DNA of 64,000 nucleotides, taken from positions 64,001-128,000 of the forward strand of contig JBIJDH010000006.1 of NCBI GenBank assembly GCA_044344255.1. Direction: 5' to 3'. Below, piece by piece: positions 36,322 to 44,423 of this stretch (position 1 is its first letter; every line of letters begins with the position of its first letter). The notes under the pieces were generated by a model that worked only from the letters and a program-made list of their open reading frames with translations, did not search any database and was not told the origin of the DNA. This DNA is from Myxococcota bacterium (GTDB taxonomy: Bacteria; Myxococcota_A; UBA796; UBA2385). The translations under genes were made by a program, and so were the position numbers.

Positions 36322-38772
36322 TCAGAGGCCGAGCAGGACGTAGGCCGTACCGGAGGCGGAGCCGCCGGTGTCGGCCCCGGAGGCGCCGATGAGCACGTCG
36401 CCCTTGCCGTCCACGTTCAGGTCGGCGCCGGAGACGAGGCCTGCGCCGAGGGCGTCGCCGGCCTGGGCGCCGAGGATGGCGCCGGCGGCGTTGGCGGTGC
36501 TGAGCGCGCCCGTGAGGGTGGCGTCGCCGGAGAAGAGCCAGACGGCCCCGGCGTCGGCGCCGGCGAGGTCGTTGCCCTCGTCGCCGACGAGGAGGTCGGT
36601 GGTGCCGTCGCCGTTGAAGTCGGTGTCATAGACCACCGCGGAGCCGAAGTCACCGGCGGTGCCGCTGAGGGTGGCGCTGGCGCTGCTGTCATTGAGATCG
36701 CCGGACTGGCTGTCCCAGAAGACATAGACCGTGCCCGTGGCCTCATTCGTGAGCACGAGGTCATTCGTGCCGCTGCCGTCGAGGTCGCCGGGCTGGGCGA
36801 GGGCGTCCAGGCCAAGCTTCCCGCTGGCGGTGGTGCCGAGCACGCGGGTGCCGTAGACGTCGTTGATCTTCTCGCTGCCCCAGGACAGGGAGGCGTCGCC
36901 GGGGATGAGGTAGACCGCGCCGCCGTCGGTGGCGCCCGTGTCGACCCCGCTGGCGCCGGACAGGATGTCCTGGTAGCCGTCGCCGTCCCAGTCACCGACC
37001 GCCAGCGTGTAGCCGAGGTAGTCGTAATTGCTCGTGCCGTTAAAATTGGCGATGGCGTCGCCGAAGTCTTGGTTGCCGGAGATCCCGCTCGTGCTGGAGT
37101 ACACGGTGAGGATTCCGGAGCTGTAGACGGTCGAGCTGCTGGCGAAGTTGTCGGTGTAGCCGCCGACCACGACCTCGGCGTAGCCGTCGCCATCGATGTC
37201 GCCGCTGGCGCCGAGGCGGATGGAGTCGTTGTTGCTGTCGGCCGAGAAGGTGGCGTCGTCGTACTGGGCGCTCTCGGTGGTGGGCGCGCCGCGGAACAGC
37301 GACACCGTGCCGTAGGAGCCGTAGGTGCCCGAGGTCACGACGTCGGCGTAGCCGTCGTTGTTGGTGTCGTGGCTGGGGCCCTGGAGCAGTCCGACCGGAT
37401 AATAATAGTATCCGCCATAATAGGAATACCCAGAGATGGTGGCGCTGTCGTAGCTGGTCGCGGAGCCGGCGGCGGCGAGGAGGTCATCGCCGGGGAGGAC
37501 CCAGGCGTAGCCGTAGCTGCTGGCGGTGGTGCCGAGGATGACGTCGTCGACGCCGTCTCCGGTGAGGTCACCGCCCATCGACATCGTCTGCGGGCCGCCG
37601 ACGCCCTGGCTGGCGGAGGTGCCCGTCACATAGGCGGTGTAGAGGTCATCGACGCTGAAGTCGTCGATCACGCCGCTGCAGTCATTGTCGACGCCGTCCC
37701 AGACCTCGTCGGTCGGGCCGGTGATGGTGGGATCGGTGTCGTTACAGTCGGTGGGGTAGGCGACGCCGTCGGCGTCCTGGTCGTAGTCGTCGCCGCCGAG
37801 GCAGTCCTGATCGACGCCGTCGTACCAGACCTCGGTGGCTCCGGGGTAGGCGGTGGCGTCGGTGTCGTCGCAGTCGAGGTCGACCGTGGAGCCGTCGCCG
37901 TCCTGGTCAAAGTCGTCGGCCCCGTCGCAGTCGCTGTCGATGCCGTCGTACCAGACCTCGGCGGCGCCGGGGTTGATGGTGGCGTCGGTGTCGTCGCAGT
38001 CGGCCTCGAGGGCGTACCCGTCGAGGTCCTGGTCGTAGTCGTCGCCGCCGTCGCAGGCCTGGTCGATGCCGTCGTACCAGGTCTCCTCGTTGCCGGGGTA
38101 GCTCGTCGGATCGAGGTCGTCGCAGTCGGTGTCGACGGTGACGCCGTCTCCGTCTTGATCGTAGTCGTCGGCGCCGTCACAGTCCTGGTCGAGGCCGTCG
38201 TACCAGACCTCCTCCGCCTCGGGGTTCACGGTGGCGTCTTCGTCGTCGCAGTCGGCGCCGCCGGTGGCGGTCGAGCCGAAGCCGTCGCCGTCCCCGTCGA
38301 TCTGGACGCTGGCGGTGATCGTCACCGGCAGGAAGTCGCCCGTGACGGTGTCGGTGATCTTGAGGGTGGCGTCGTGGCTGCCCCAGTCGGCGGGGACGAG
38401 GGCGAGGCTCACCGCCGCGGTCTCGCCGGGCTCGGGGCTGTCGTTGTCGATGCCGACCGTGTAGGCCTCGGAGTGGCTGCTCGTGAGCTCGAGCTCCAAC
38501 GCGACCGCGGCGGCGCCGTCGCTCGTGATGGTCAGCGCCTGCGTCCCGGCGCCCCCGACGAAGATGACGCCGAAGTCGAGCGAGGTGGGATCGACGGTGA
38601 AGCTGCCCGCGTCGCCGCCGCCGTCCGAGCCGTCGGTGCCGTCACTCCCGTCGGTTCCGTCGCTCCCGTCGCCGCCGTCCGCCCCGTTCGCGGTGTCCGC
38701 TCCGCCTTTCCCGACCTGTCCCTTACCCGCGCCACAAGCCAACAGAAGGACGAGGAGAGGGACAGACCGCAT
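36322..38772 (-). CDS. Lipoprotein: Ig-like (choice-of-anchor D-like) domain + 5 MopE-type metal-binding repeats + FG-GAP/integrin-alpha propeller (paralogue 3)
   Basis: LLAC lipobox; DCDD...P...E.WYDG.D..CDG repeats; GD.DGDG..D and GAV(Y/W)L FG-GAP repeats. Confidence 0.85.
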   Translation of the reverse strand: MRSVPLLVLLLACGAGKGQVGKGGADTANGADGGDGSDGTDGSDGTDGSDGGGDAGSFTVDPTSLDFGVIFVGGAGTQALTITSDGAAAVALELELTSSHSEAYTVGIDNDSPEPGETAAVSLALVPADWGSHDATLKITDTVTGDFLPVTITASVQIDGDGDGFGSTATGGADCDDEDATVNPEAEEVWYDGLDQDCDGADDYDQDGDGVTVDTDCDDLDPTSYPGNEETWYDGIDQACDGGDDYDQDLDGYALEADCDDTDATINPGAAEVWYDGIDSDCDGADDFDQDGDGSTVDLDCDDTDATAYPGATEVWYDGVDQDCLGGDDYDQDADGVAYPTDCNDTDPTITGPTDEVWDGVDNDCSGVIDDFSVDDLYTAYVTGTSASQGVGGPQTMSMGGDLTGDGVDDVILGTTASSYGYAWVLPGDDLLAAAGSATSYDSATISGYSYYGGYYYYPVGLLQGPSHDTNNDGYADVVTSGTYGSYGTVSLFRGAPTTESAQYDDATFSADSNNDSIRLGASGDIDGDGYAEVVVGGYTDNFASSSTVYSSGILTVYSSTSGISGNQDFGDAIANFNGTSNYDYLGYTLAVGDWDGDGYQDILSGASGVDTGATDGGAVYLIPGDASLSWGSEKINDVYGTRVLGTTASGKLGLDALAQPGDLDGSGTNDLVLTNEATGTVYVFWDSQSGDLNDSSASATLSGTAGDFGSAVVYDTDFNGDGTTDLLVGDEGNDLAGADAGAVWLFSGDATLTGALSTANAAGAILGAQAGDALGAGLVSGADLNVDGKGDVLIGASGADTGGSASGTAYVLLGL

Positions 38773-38923
38773 GCGAGGCTCCAGGGGACGGGGGCAGGGG
38801 AACGGGGAGGAGGGACCGCTCGAGGGCGCCCCTCCTGGACTCACCGATGTCTATGCCCGCTCACCCTCCGTCCGATCACTGTGCTGCCGCTCGGGGGCCC
38901 CGTTCGCGCGGCCCCCGCGCCGC

Positions 38924-41692
38924 TCAGAGCCCGAGCAGGAGGTAGACCTTGCCGGCGTTCGAGGCCGCGCTGTCCGAGCCGCTGGCCCCGACCAGGACGT
39001 CGTTGGCGCCGTCGTTGTCGAGGTCGTAGCCCGAGGCGAGGCCGGAGCCGAGCGCGTCTCCCGAGAGGGCGCCGGTGATCACGCCCTTCGCGTTGGCGGT
39101 GGTCAGGGAGCCCGTCAGGGCGGAGAACTCGGGGAAGAACCAGAGGGCCCCGGCGTTGCTGGCCGCCTGGTCATCGCCGTCGTCGCCGATGATGAGGTCG
39201 ATGTTTCCGTCACCCGTGAAGTCGGTGTCATACGACACCGAGGCGCCGAAGTCGCCGGCCGTCCCCGTGAAGGTGGCGGTGGCGCCGGTGTCGTTCAGGT
39301 TGCCCGTCTGGCTGTCGAGGAACATCCAGACCTTGCCCAGGGCCTCGTTGCTGAGGACGAGCTCGCTCGCGCCGCTGCCGTCGAGATCGCCGGGCTGGGC
39401 GAGCTGGTCGCGGCCGAGGGCGCCGCTGGCGGTCGTGCCGAGCACGCGGGTGGTGTAGATGTCCTCGGCCACCTCGCTGCCCCAGGCGAGGCTCGCGTTG
39501 CCGCTGACGAGGTAGACCGCGCCGCCCCCGCTCGCGCCGGTGTCGACGCCGGGGGCGCCGGTGAGGATGTCGTCGTAGCCGTCGCCGTCCCAGTCTCCGA
39601 CCGCGAGGCTGTAGCCGAGGTAGTCGTAGGCGTTGTCGCCGTTGATCTCGGCATAGACGTCGCCGAAGTCGTAGTCGTAGCCGAAGCCGCTCGACGTGCT
39701 GAAGATGGCGACGATGCCAGCGTCGCGGTCTCCGTAGTTGTCGAGGTAGCCGCCCACCAGCACCTCGGCGTAGCCGTCGGCGTCGATGTCGCCGAGCGCA
39801 GAGATCTGCAGGCCGTCTTCGGTGTCGTCCCCGGCGAAGGTGGCCTCGGCGTAGTAGGCCGACTGGGAGCTCACCGCCCCCTCGAAGAGCCACGCCACGC
39901 CGTAATTCCCGTAGGGCCCGGTGGAGATCACATCGTCCACACCGTCGTTGTTGGTGTCTCCGGCCGGGCCTTGCAGCCCGCCGACGAGGTAGTAGCTGTA
40001 GTAGCCGGTGAAGTTGGCGCTGTCGTAGGCGCTGGCGAGGCCGGCCGCGCTCACCATGTCGTCGCCGGCGATGACCCAGACGTTGCCGTAGCTGGTCTTG
40101 GTGGAGCCGACCGCGAGGTCGGGGAGGCCGTCGCCGGTGGAGTCCCCGCCCATCGAGAGGGTGTTCGGGTCGCCGACGAGCTGGTTGGCCGTGGTACCGG
40201 TCACGTAGGCGGTGTACAGATCGGTGATGCTGAAGTCGTCGACGACGCCGTCGCAGTCGTTGTCTTTGCCGTCCCAGGTCTCGGCGACCGGACCGGAGAC
40301 CGTGGCGTCCGTGTCGTTACAATCGACGGGATAGTCCACCCCGTCGCCGTCCTGGTCGTAGTCGCTGCCGCCATCGCAGGCCTGATCGACGCCGTCGTAC
40401 CAGACCTCGGTGGCGCCGGGGTAGGCGGAGGCGTCGGTGTCGTCGCAGTCGACGCTCACGTTGTAGGTGTCGCCGTCCTGATCGAAGTCGTCGGCGCCGT
40501 CACAGTTGGAGTCGATGCCGTCGTACCAGGTGTCGGCGACGCCGGGGTTGATGGTGGCGTCTGTGTCGTTACAGTCGGCCCCGAGGGGGTAGCCGTCGCC
40601 GTCCTGGTCGTCGTCATCATTGCCGGCGCAGTCGGAGTCGATGCCGTCGTACCAGGTGTCGGGGGCGCCGGGGTAGACGGTTGCGTCGGTGTCGAGACAG
40701 TCGGTGCCGACGTTGACGCCGTCGCCGTCCTGGTCGTAGTCATTGCCGCCGTCGCAGGCCTGATCGACGCCGTCGTACCAGACCTCGGCGGCGCCGGGGT
40801 AGGCGGTGGGGTCGAGGTCGTCGCAGTCGACGGTCACCTCGGAGCCGTCATTGTCCTGGTCGTAGTCGTCGTTGCCGGCGCAGTCGGAGTCGATCCCGTC
40901 GTACCAGGTGTCGGCGGCGCCGGGGTAGACGGTGTTGTCGGTGTCGTCACAGTCGGCGTCGACCGTGACGCCGTCGCCGTCTTGATCGTAGTCGTCGCCG
41001 CCGTCGCAGGCCTCGTCCACCCCGTCGTACCAGACCTCGGTGGCGCCGGGGTAGCTCGTGGCGTCGGTGTCATCGCAGTCGACATCGACGGTGCTGCCGT
41101 CGCCGTCCTGGTCGAAGTCGTCGGCGCCGTCGCAATTGCCGTCGACGCCATCGTACCACACCTCTGTGGCGTCGGGGTTGACGGTGGCGTCGAGGTCGTC
41201 ACAGTCGGCGCCGCCGGACTCGACGCTGCCCACGCCGTCCCCGTCGGCGTCGGTCTGCACGGCGGCGGTGATCGGGACCGTCACGAGGTCGCCGCTGCTG
41301 CCGTCGGTGATGCTGAGGGTGGCGTCGTGGTTGCCCCAGGTGGAGGGGATGAGCACTACCGCGAGGGTGGCGGCCTCCCCGGGCCCGGGCGCGGCCTCGT
41401 CGAGGGTGAAGGACCAAGCGCTCGGCTGGCCGCTCGTGAGCGCCAGCTCCAGGCTGAGGGCCACGTCACCCGTGTTCTGGATCGTGATCGTCTGCTCGGC
41501 CGACTGGCCGACGAAGAGGGCCCCGAAGTCGAGGCTCTCCGGGTCGACGGAGAAGTTGGCGCTGCCGCCGCCATCCGAGCCGTCACCGCCGTCACCGCCG
41601 TCGGCGCCGTCGGCCACGGCGCCCGAGTCACCCGCGCCCCCCTTGGTAGAGTCACAGGCGGCGAGGAGGAGGACGAGGGCGAGCGCGCGCAT
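38924..41692 (-). CDS. Lipoprotein: Ig-like domain + 8 MopE-type repeats + FG-GAP propeller (paralogue 2)
   Basis: Same architecture as its neighbours; LAAC lipobox; ATG 41692. Confidence 0.85.
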   Translation of the reverse strand: MRALALVLLLAACDSTKGGAGDSGAVADGADGGDGGDGSDGGGSANFSVDPESLDFGALFVGQSAEQTITIQNTGDVALSLELALTSGQPSAWSFTLDEAAPGPGEAATLAVVLIPSTWGNHDATLSITDGSSGDLVTVPITAAVQTDADGDGVGSVESGGADCDDLDATVNPDATEVWYDGVDGNCDGADDFDQDGDGSTVDVDCDDTDATSYPGATEVWYDGVDEACDGGDDYDQDGDGVTVDADCDDTDNTVYPGAADTWYDGIDSDCAGNDDYDQDNDGSEVTVDCDDLDPTAYPGAAEVWYDGVDQACDGGNDYDQDGDGVNVGTDCLDTDATVYPGAPDTWYDGIDSDCAGNDDDDQDGDGYPLGADCNDTDATINPGVADTWYDGIDSNCDGADDFDQDGDTYNVSVDCDDTDASAYPGATEVWYDGVDQACDGGSDYDQDGDGVDYPVDCNDTDATVSGPVAETWDGKDNDCDGVVDDFSITDLYTAYVTGTTANQLVGDPNTLSMGGDSTGDGLPDLAVGSTKTSYGNVWVIAGDDMVSAAGLASAYDSANFTGYYSYYLVGGLQGPAGDTNNDGVDDVISTGPYGNYGVAWLFEGAVSSQSAYYAEATFAGDDTEDGLQISALGDIDADGYAEVLVGGYLDNYGDRDAGIVAIFSTSSGFGYDYDFGDVYAEINGDNAYDYLGYSLAVGDWDGDGYDDILTGAPGVDTGASGGGAVYLVSGNASLAWGSEVAEDIYTTRVLGTTASGALGRDQLAQPGDLDGSGASELVLSNEALGKVWMFLDSQTGNLNDTGATATFTGTAGDFGASVSYDTDFTGDGNIDLIIGDDGDDQAASNAGALWFFPEFSALTGSLTTANAKGVITGALSGDALGSGLASGYDLDNDGANDVLVGASGSDSAASNAGKVYLLLGL

Positions 41693-41793
41693 GGGGATAC
41701 CCGTTCGGACTTCGGAGAGGAGATCGAGGAGAGGGGACACCGGGGCCGGAGGGCGCCGACCGCCGAGGCGGAGGGCGCCCTCGGCGGCGAGGG

Positions 41794-44235
41794 CTAGAGC
41801 CCGAGCAGGACGTATACTGTGCCGGTGCCCGATCCGCCGATGTCGGAGCCTGCGGCGCCGAGCAGCACGTCGCCCTTGCCGTCGGCGTTGAGGTCGGCCC
41901 CGCTGGCGAGCCCGGAGCCGAGGGCGTCCCCGGAGGCGGAGCCCCAGATCGCGCCCTTGGCGTTGGCGCTGGTGAGCGCCCCGGACAGCGCGGAGGCGTC
42001 AGGGAAGAGCCAGACGGCGCCCGCGTTGCTCGACGCGGTGTCGTTGCCGTCGTCGCCGATAAGGAGGTCGGCGGCGCCGTCGCCGGTGAAGTCGGTGTCG
42101 TAGACCACGGCGGAGCCGAAGTCGCCGGCCGTGCCGGAGAGGGTGGCGGCGGCGTCGGTGTCGGACTGGTCGCCCGTCTGGCTGTCCCAGAAGACCCAGA
42201 CCTTCCCGAGCGCCTCGCTGCTGACGACGAGCTCGGCGCTGCCGTTGCCGTCGAGGTCACCGGGCTGGCCGAGCTGGTCCCCGCCGAGGGCGCCGCTGGA
42301 GGTCGTGCCGAGCACGCGGGTGGTGTAGATGTCGTCCATGCGGTCGCCGCCCCAGGAGAGCGAAGCGTCGCCGCTCACGAGGTACACCGCGCCGCCGCCG
42401 CTGGCGCCGTCGTCCATCCCGGTCGCGCCGGTGGCGATGTCGGGGTAGCCGTCGCCGTCCCAGTCGCCGACCGCCAGCGTGGTCCCGACGTAGTCGTAGC
42501 CGGTGCTGCCGTAGAGGCGGGCGTCGGCGTCGCCGAAGTCGTAGCCCTCGCCAAAGCCGCTCGCGGAGCTGAAGATGGCCACGGAGCCGGCGTCGCGGGT
42601 GGAGCTCTCGCTGCCCGAGTAGTAGTTGTCGAGCGGCCCGCCCACCAGCACCTCGGCGAAGCCGTCGCCGTCGAGGTCAGCCGAGGCGGAGATGCGCACG
42701 CCGTCCTGGTCGCTGTCGCCCACGAAGTAGGTGTCGACGCTGCTGGTGGTGGTGGTGCTCGGCGCCCCGTTGAACAGCCAGGCCACACCATAGGTGCTGT
42801 AGGCGCCGGTGGTGAGGAGGTCGGCGGTTCCGTCACCGTTGGTGTCGGCGGAGGGCCCCGCCATGATGCCGACCAGGTAGTAGTAGTAGCTCCCGGTGAC
42901 GGTGGCGCTGTCGTAGCTGGTGGCGGCGCCTGCGGCGGTGGGGAGGTCATCGCCGGGGATGACGAAGACGCTGCCGTAACCACCGCTGGTGGTGCCGAGG
43001 GCGACGTCGTCGATCCCGTCGCCCGTGAGGTCTCCGCCCATCGACATCGACTGGTAGTTGCCGAGGCCGGTGGCGGAGCTCGTGCCGGTCACGTAGCCGC
43101 TGTACAGGTCATTGATGCTGAAGTCGTCGATCACGCCGCTGCAGTCGTTGTCGATGCCGTCCCAGACCTCGTCTTCGGGGCCGGTGATCGTGGGATCAGT
43201 GTCGTTACAGTCGGTCGGGTAATCGACGCCGTCGCCGTCCTGATCGTAGTCGTTGCCGCCGTCACAGGCCTCGTCGATGCCGTCGTACCAGATCTCGTCG
43301 GCGCCGGGGTAGGCCTCGGGGTTGGTGTCGTCACAGTCGGCGTCGACGGTGGAGCCGTCGCCGTCCTGGTCGAAGTCGTCGGCGCCGTCGCAGTCCTGGT
43401 CGACGCCGTCGTACCAGGTCTCCTCGGCGCCGGGGTTGATGAGGGAGTCGGTGTCGTCGCAGTCATCGTCGAGGGGGTAGCCGTCGGCGTCCTGGTCGAA
43501 GTCGTCGCCGCCGAGGCAGTCCTGATCGACGCCGTCGTACCAGATCTCATCGGCGAAGGGGTAGGCCTGCGGGTCGAGGTCGTCGCAGTCATCCTCGACC
43601 AGCGAGCCGTCACCGTCCTGGTCGTAGTCGTTGGCGCCGTCACAGTTGGTGTCGATGCCGTCGTACCAGGTCTCTTCCATCCCGGGGTTGATGGTGGCGT
43701 CATCGTCGACGCAGTCGTCGCCGCCGGTCTCGGCGCTGCCGTAGCCGTCGCCGTCGCTATCGACCTGCACGCTCGCGGTGATGGATACGGGGAGGAAGTC
43801 CCCGGTGGCGCTGTCCGTGATCTTGAGCGTCGCGTCGTGGCTCCCCCAGTCGGCGGGCACGAGCGCGAGGTTGATCGCGGCGGACTCGCCGGAGGCCAGC
43901 GTGTCTTGGTCGATGCCGACCGTGTAGGCCTCGGTGTGGGCGCTCGTGAGCTCGAGCTCGAGCACCACATCGGCCGCCCCGTCGCTCGTGACGGTGAGGC
44001 CCTGGGAGCCCGCGCCGCCGACGAAGATCACGCCGAAGTCGATGCTCGTGGGATCGACCGTGAAGCTCCCCGCGTCGCCGCCATCGGAGCCTCCGTCTGC
44101 GCCATCGGCGCCGTCGCCTCCGTCTGCGCCGTTGGCGGTGTCAGTTGTGCCGCTTCCAAGCTGGCCTTTGCCAGAGGAGCACGCGACAAGGAGGACGAGG
44201 AGCGTGGGGGAGAGGAAGTGGGATTGGGTGCGCAT
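41794..44235 (-). CDS. Lipoprotein: Ig-like domain + 5 MopE-type repeats + FG-GAP propeller (paralogue 1)
   Basis: Same architecture; LVAC lipobox. Confidence 0.85.
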   Translation of the reverse strand: MRTQSHFLSPTLLVLLVACSSGKGQLGSGTTDTANGADGGDGADGADGGSDGGDAGSFTVDPTSIDFGVIFVGGAGSQGLTVTSDGAADVVLELELTSAHTEAYTVGIDQDTLASGESAAINLALVPADWGSHDATLKITDSATGDFLPVSITASVQVDSDGDGYGSAETGGDDCVDDDATINPGMEETWYDGIDTNCDGANDYDQDGDGSLVEDDCDDLDPQAYPFADEIWYDGVDQDCLGGDDFDQDADGYPLDDDCDDTDSLINPGAEETWYDGVDQDCDGADDFDQDGDGSTVDADCDDTNPEAYPGADEIWYDGIDEACDGGNDYDQDGDGVDYPTDCNDTDPTITGPEDEVWDGIDNDCSGVIDDFSINDLYSGYVTGTSSATGLGNYQSMSMGGDLTGDGIDDVALGTTSGGYGSVFVIPGDDLPTAAGAATSYDSATVTGSYYYYLVGIMAGPSADTNGDGTADLLTTGAYSTYGVAWLFNGAPSTTTTSSVDTYFVGDSDQDGVRISASADLDGDGFAEVLVGGPLDNYYSGSESSTRDAGSVAIFSSASGFGEGYDFGDADARLYGSTGYDYVGTTLAVGDWDGDGYPDIATGATGMDDGASGGGAVYLVSGDASLSWGGDRMDDIYTTRVLGTTSSGALGGDQLGQPGDLDGNGSAELVVSSEALGKVWVFWDSQTGDQSDTDAAATLSGTAGDFGSAVVYDTDFTGDGAADLLIGDDGNDTASSNAGAVWLFPDASALSGALTSANAKGAIWGSASGDALGSGLASGADLNADGKGDVLLGAAGSDIGGSGTGTVYVLLGL

Positions 44236-44359
44236 GCGGGCATGCTACCTCAGGGTGAGGTGGCGCCGCGCGACCAAGTCTCAAGAGAATGTACCATTAG
44301 GGAATACATATTTGGGAGATCGAATTGCACGTTTCCCGGCATGGGCCAGGAGATGCGCT

Positions 44360-44386
44360 GTGGTCGTGGTCGTGGTCGTGGTCGTC
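44360..44386. repeat. 6-bp tandem repeat (gtggtc)x4 in divergent intergenic region
   Basis: Directly visible. Confidence 0.8.
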
Positions 44387-44423
44387 GACGGGCGCGGGGA
44401 ACGGACCGGGATAGGGCGCGCGC

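Noticed and set aside
36322..44235. Diversity-generating retroelement acting on the paralogues
   Set aside because: No RT and no non-coding template repeat with adenine-specific differences visible in this window
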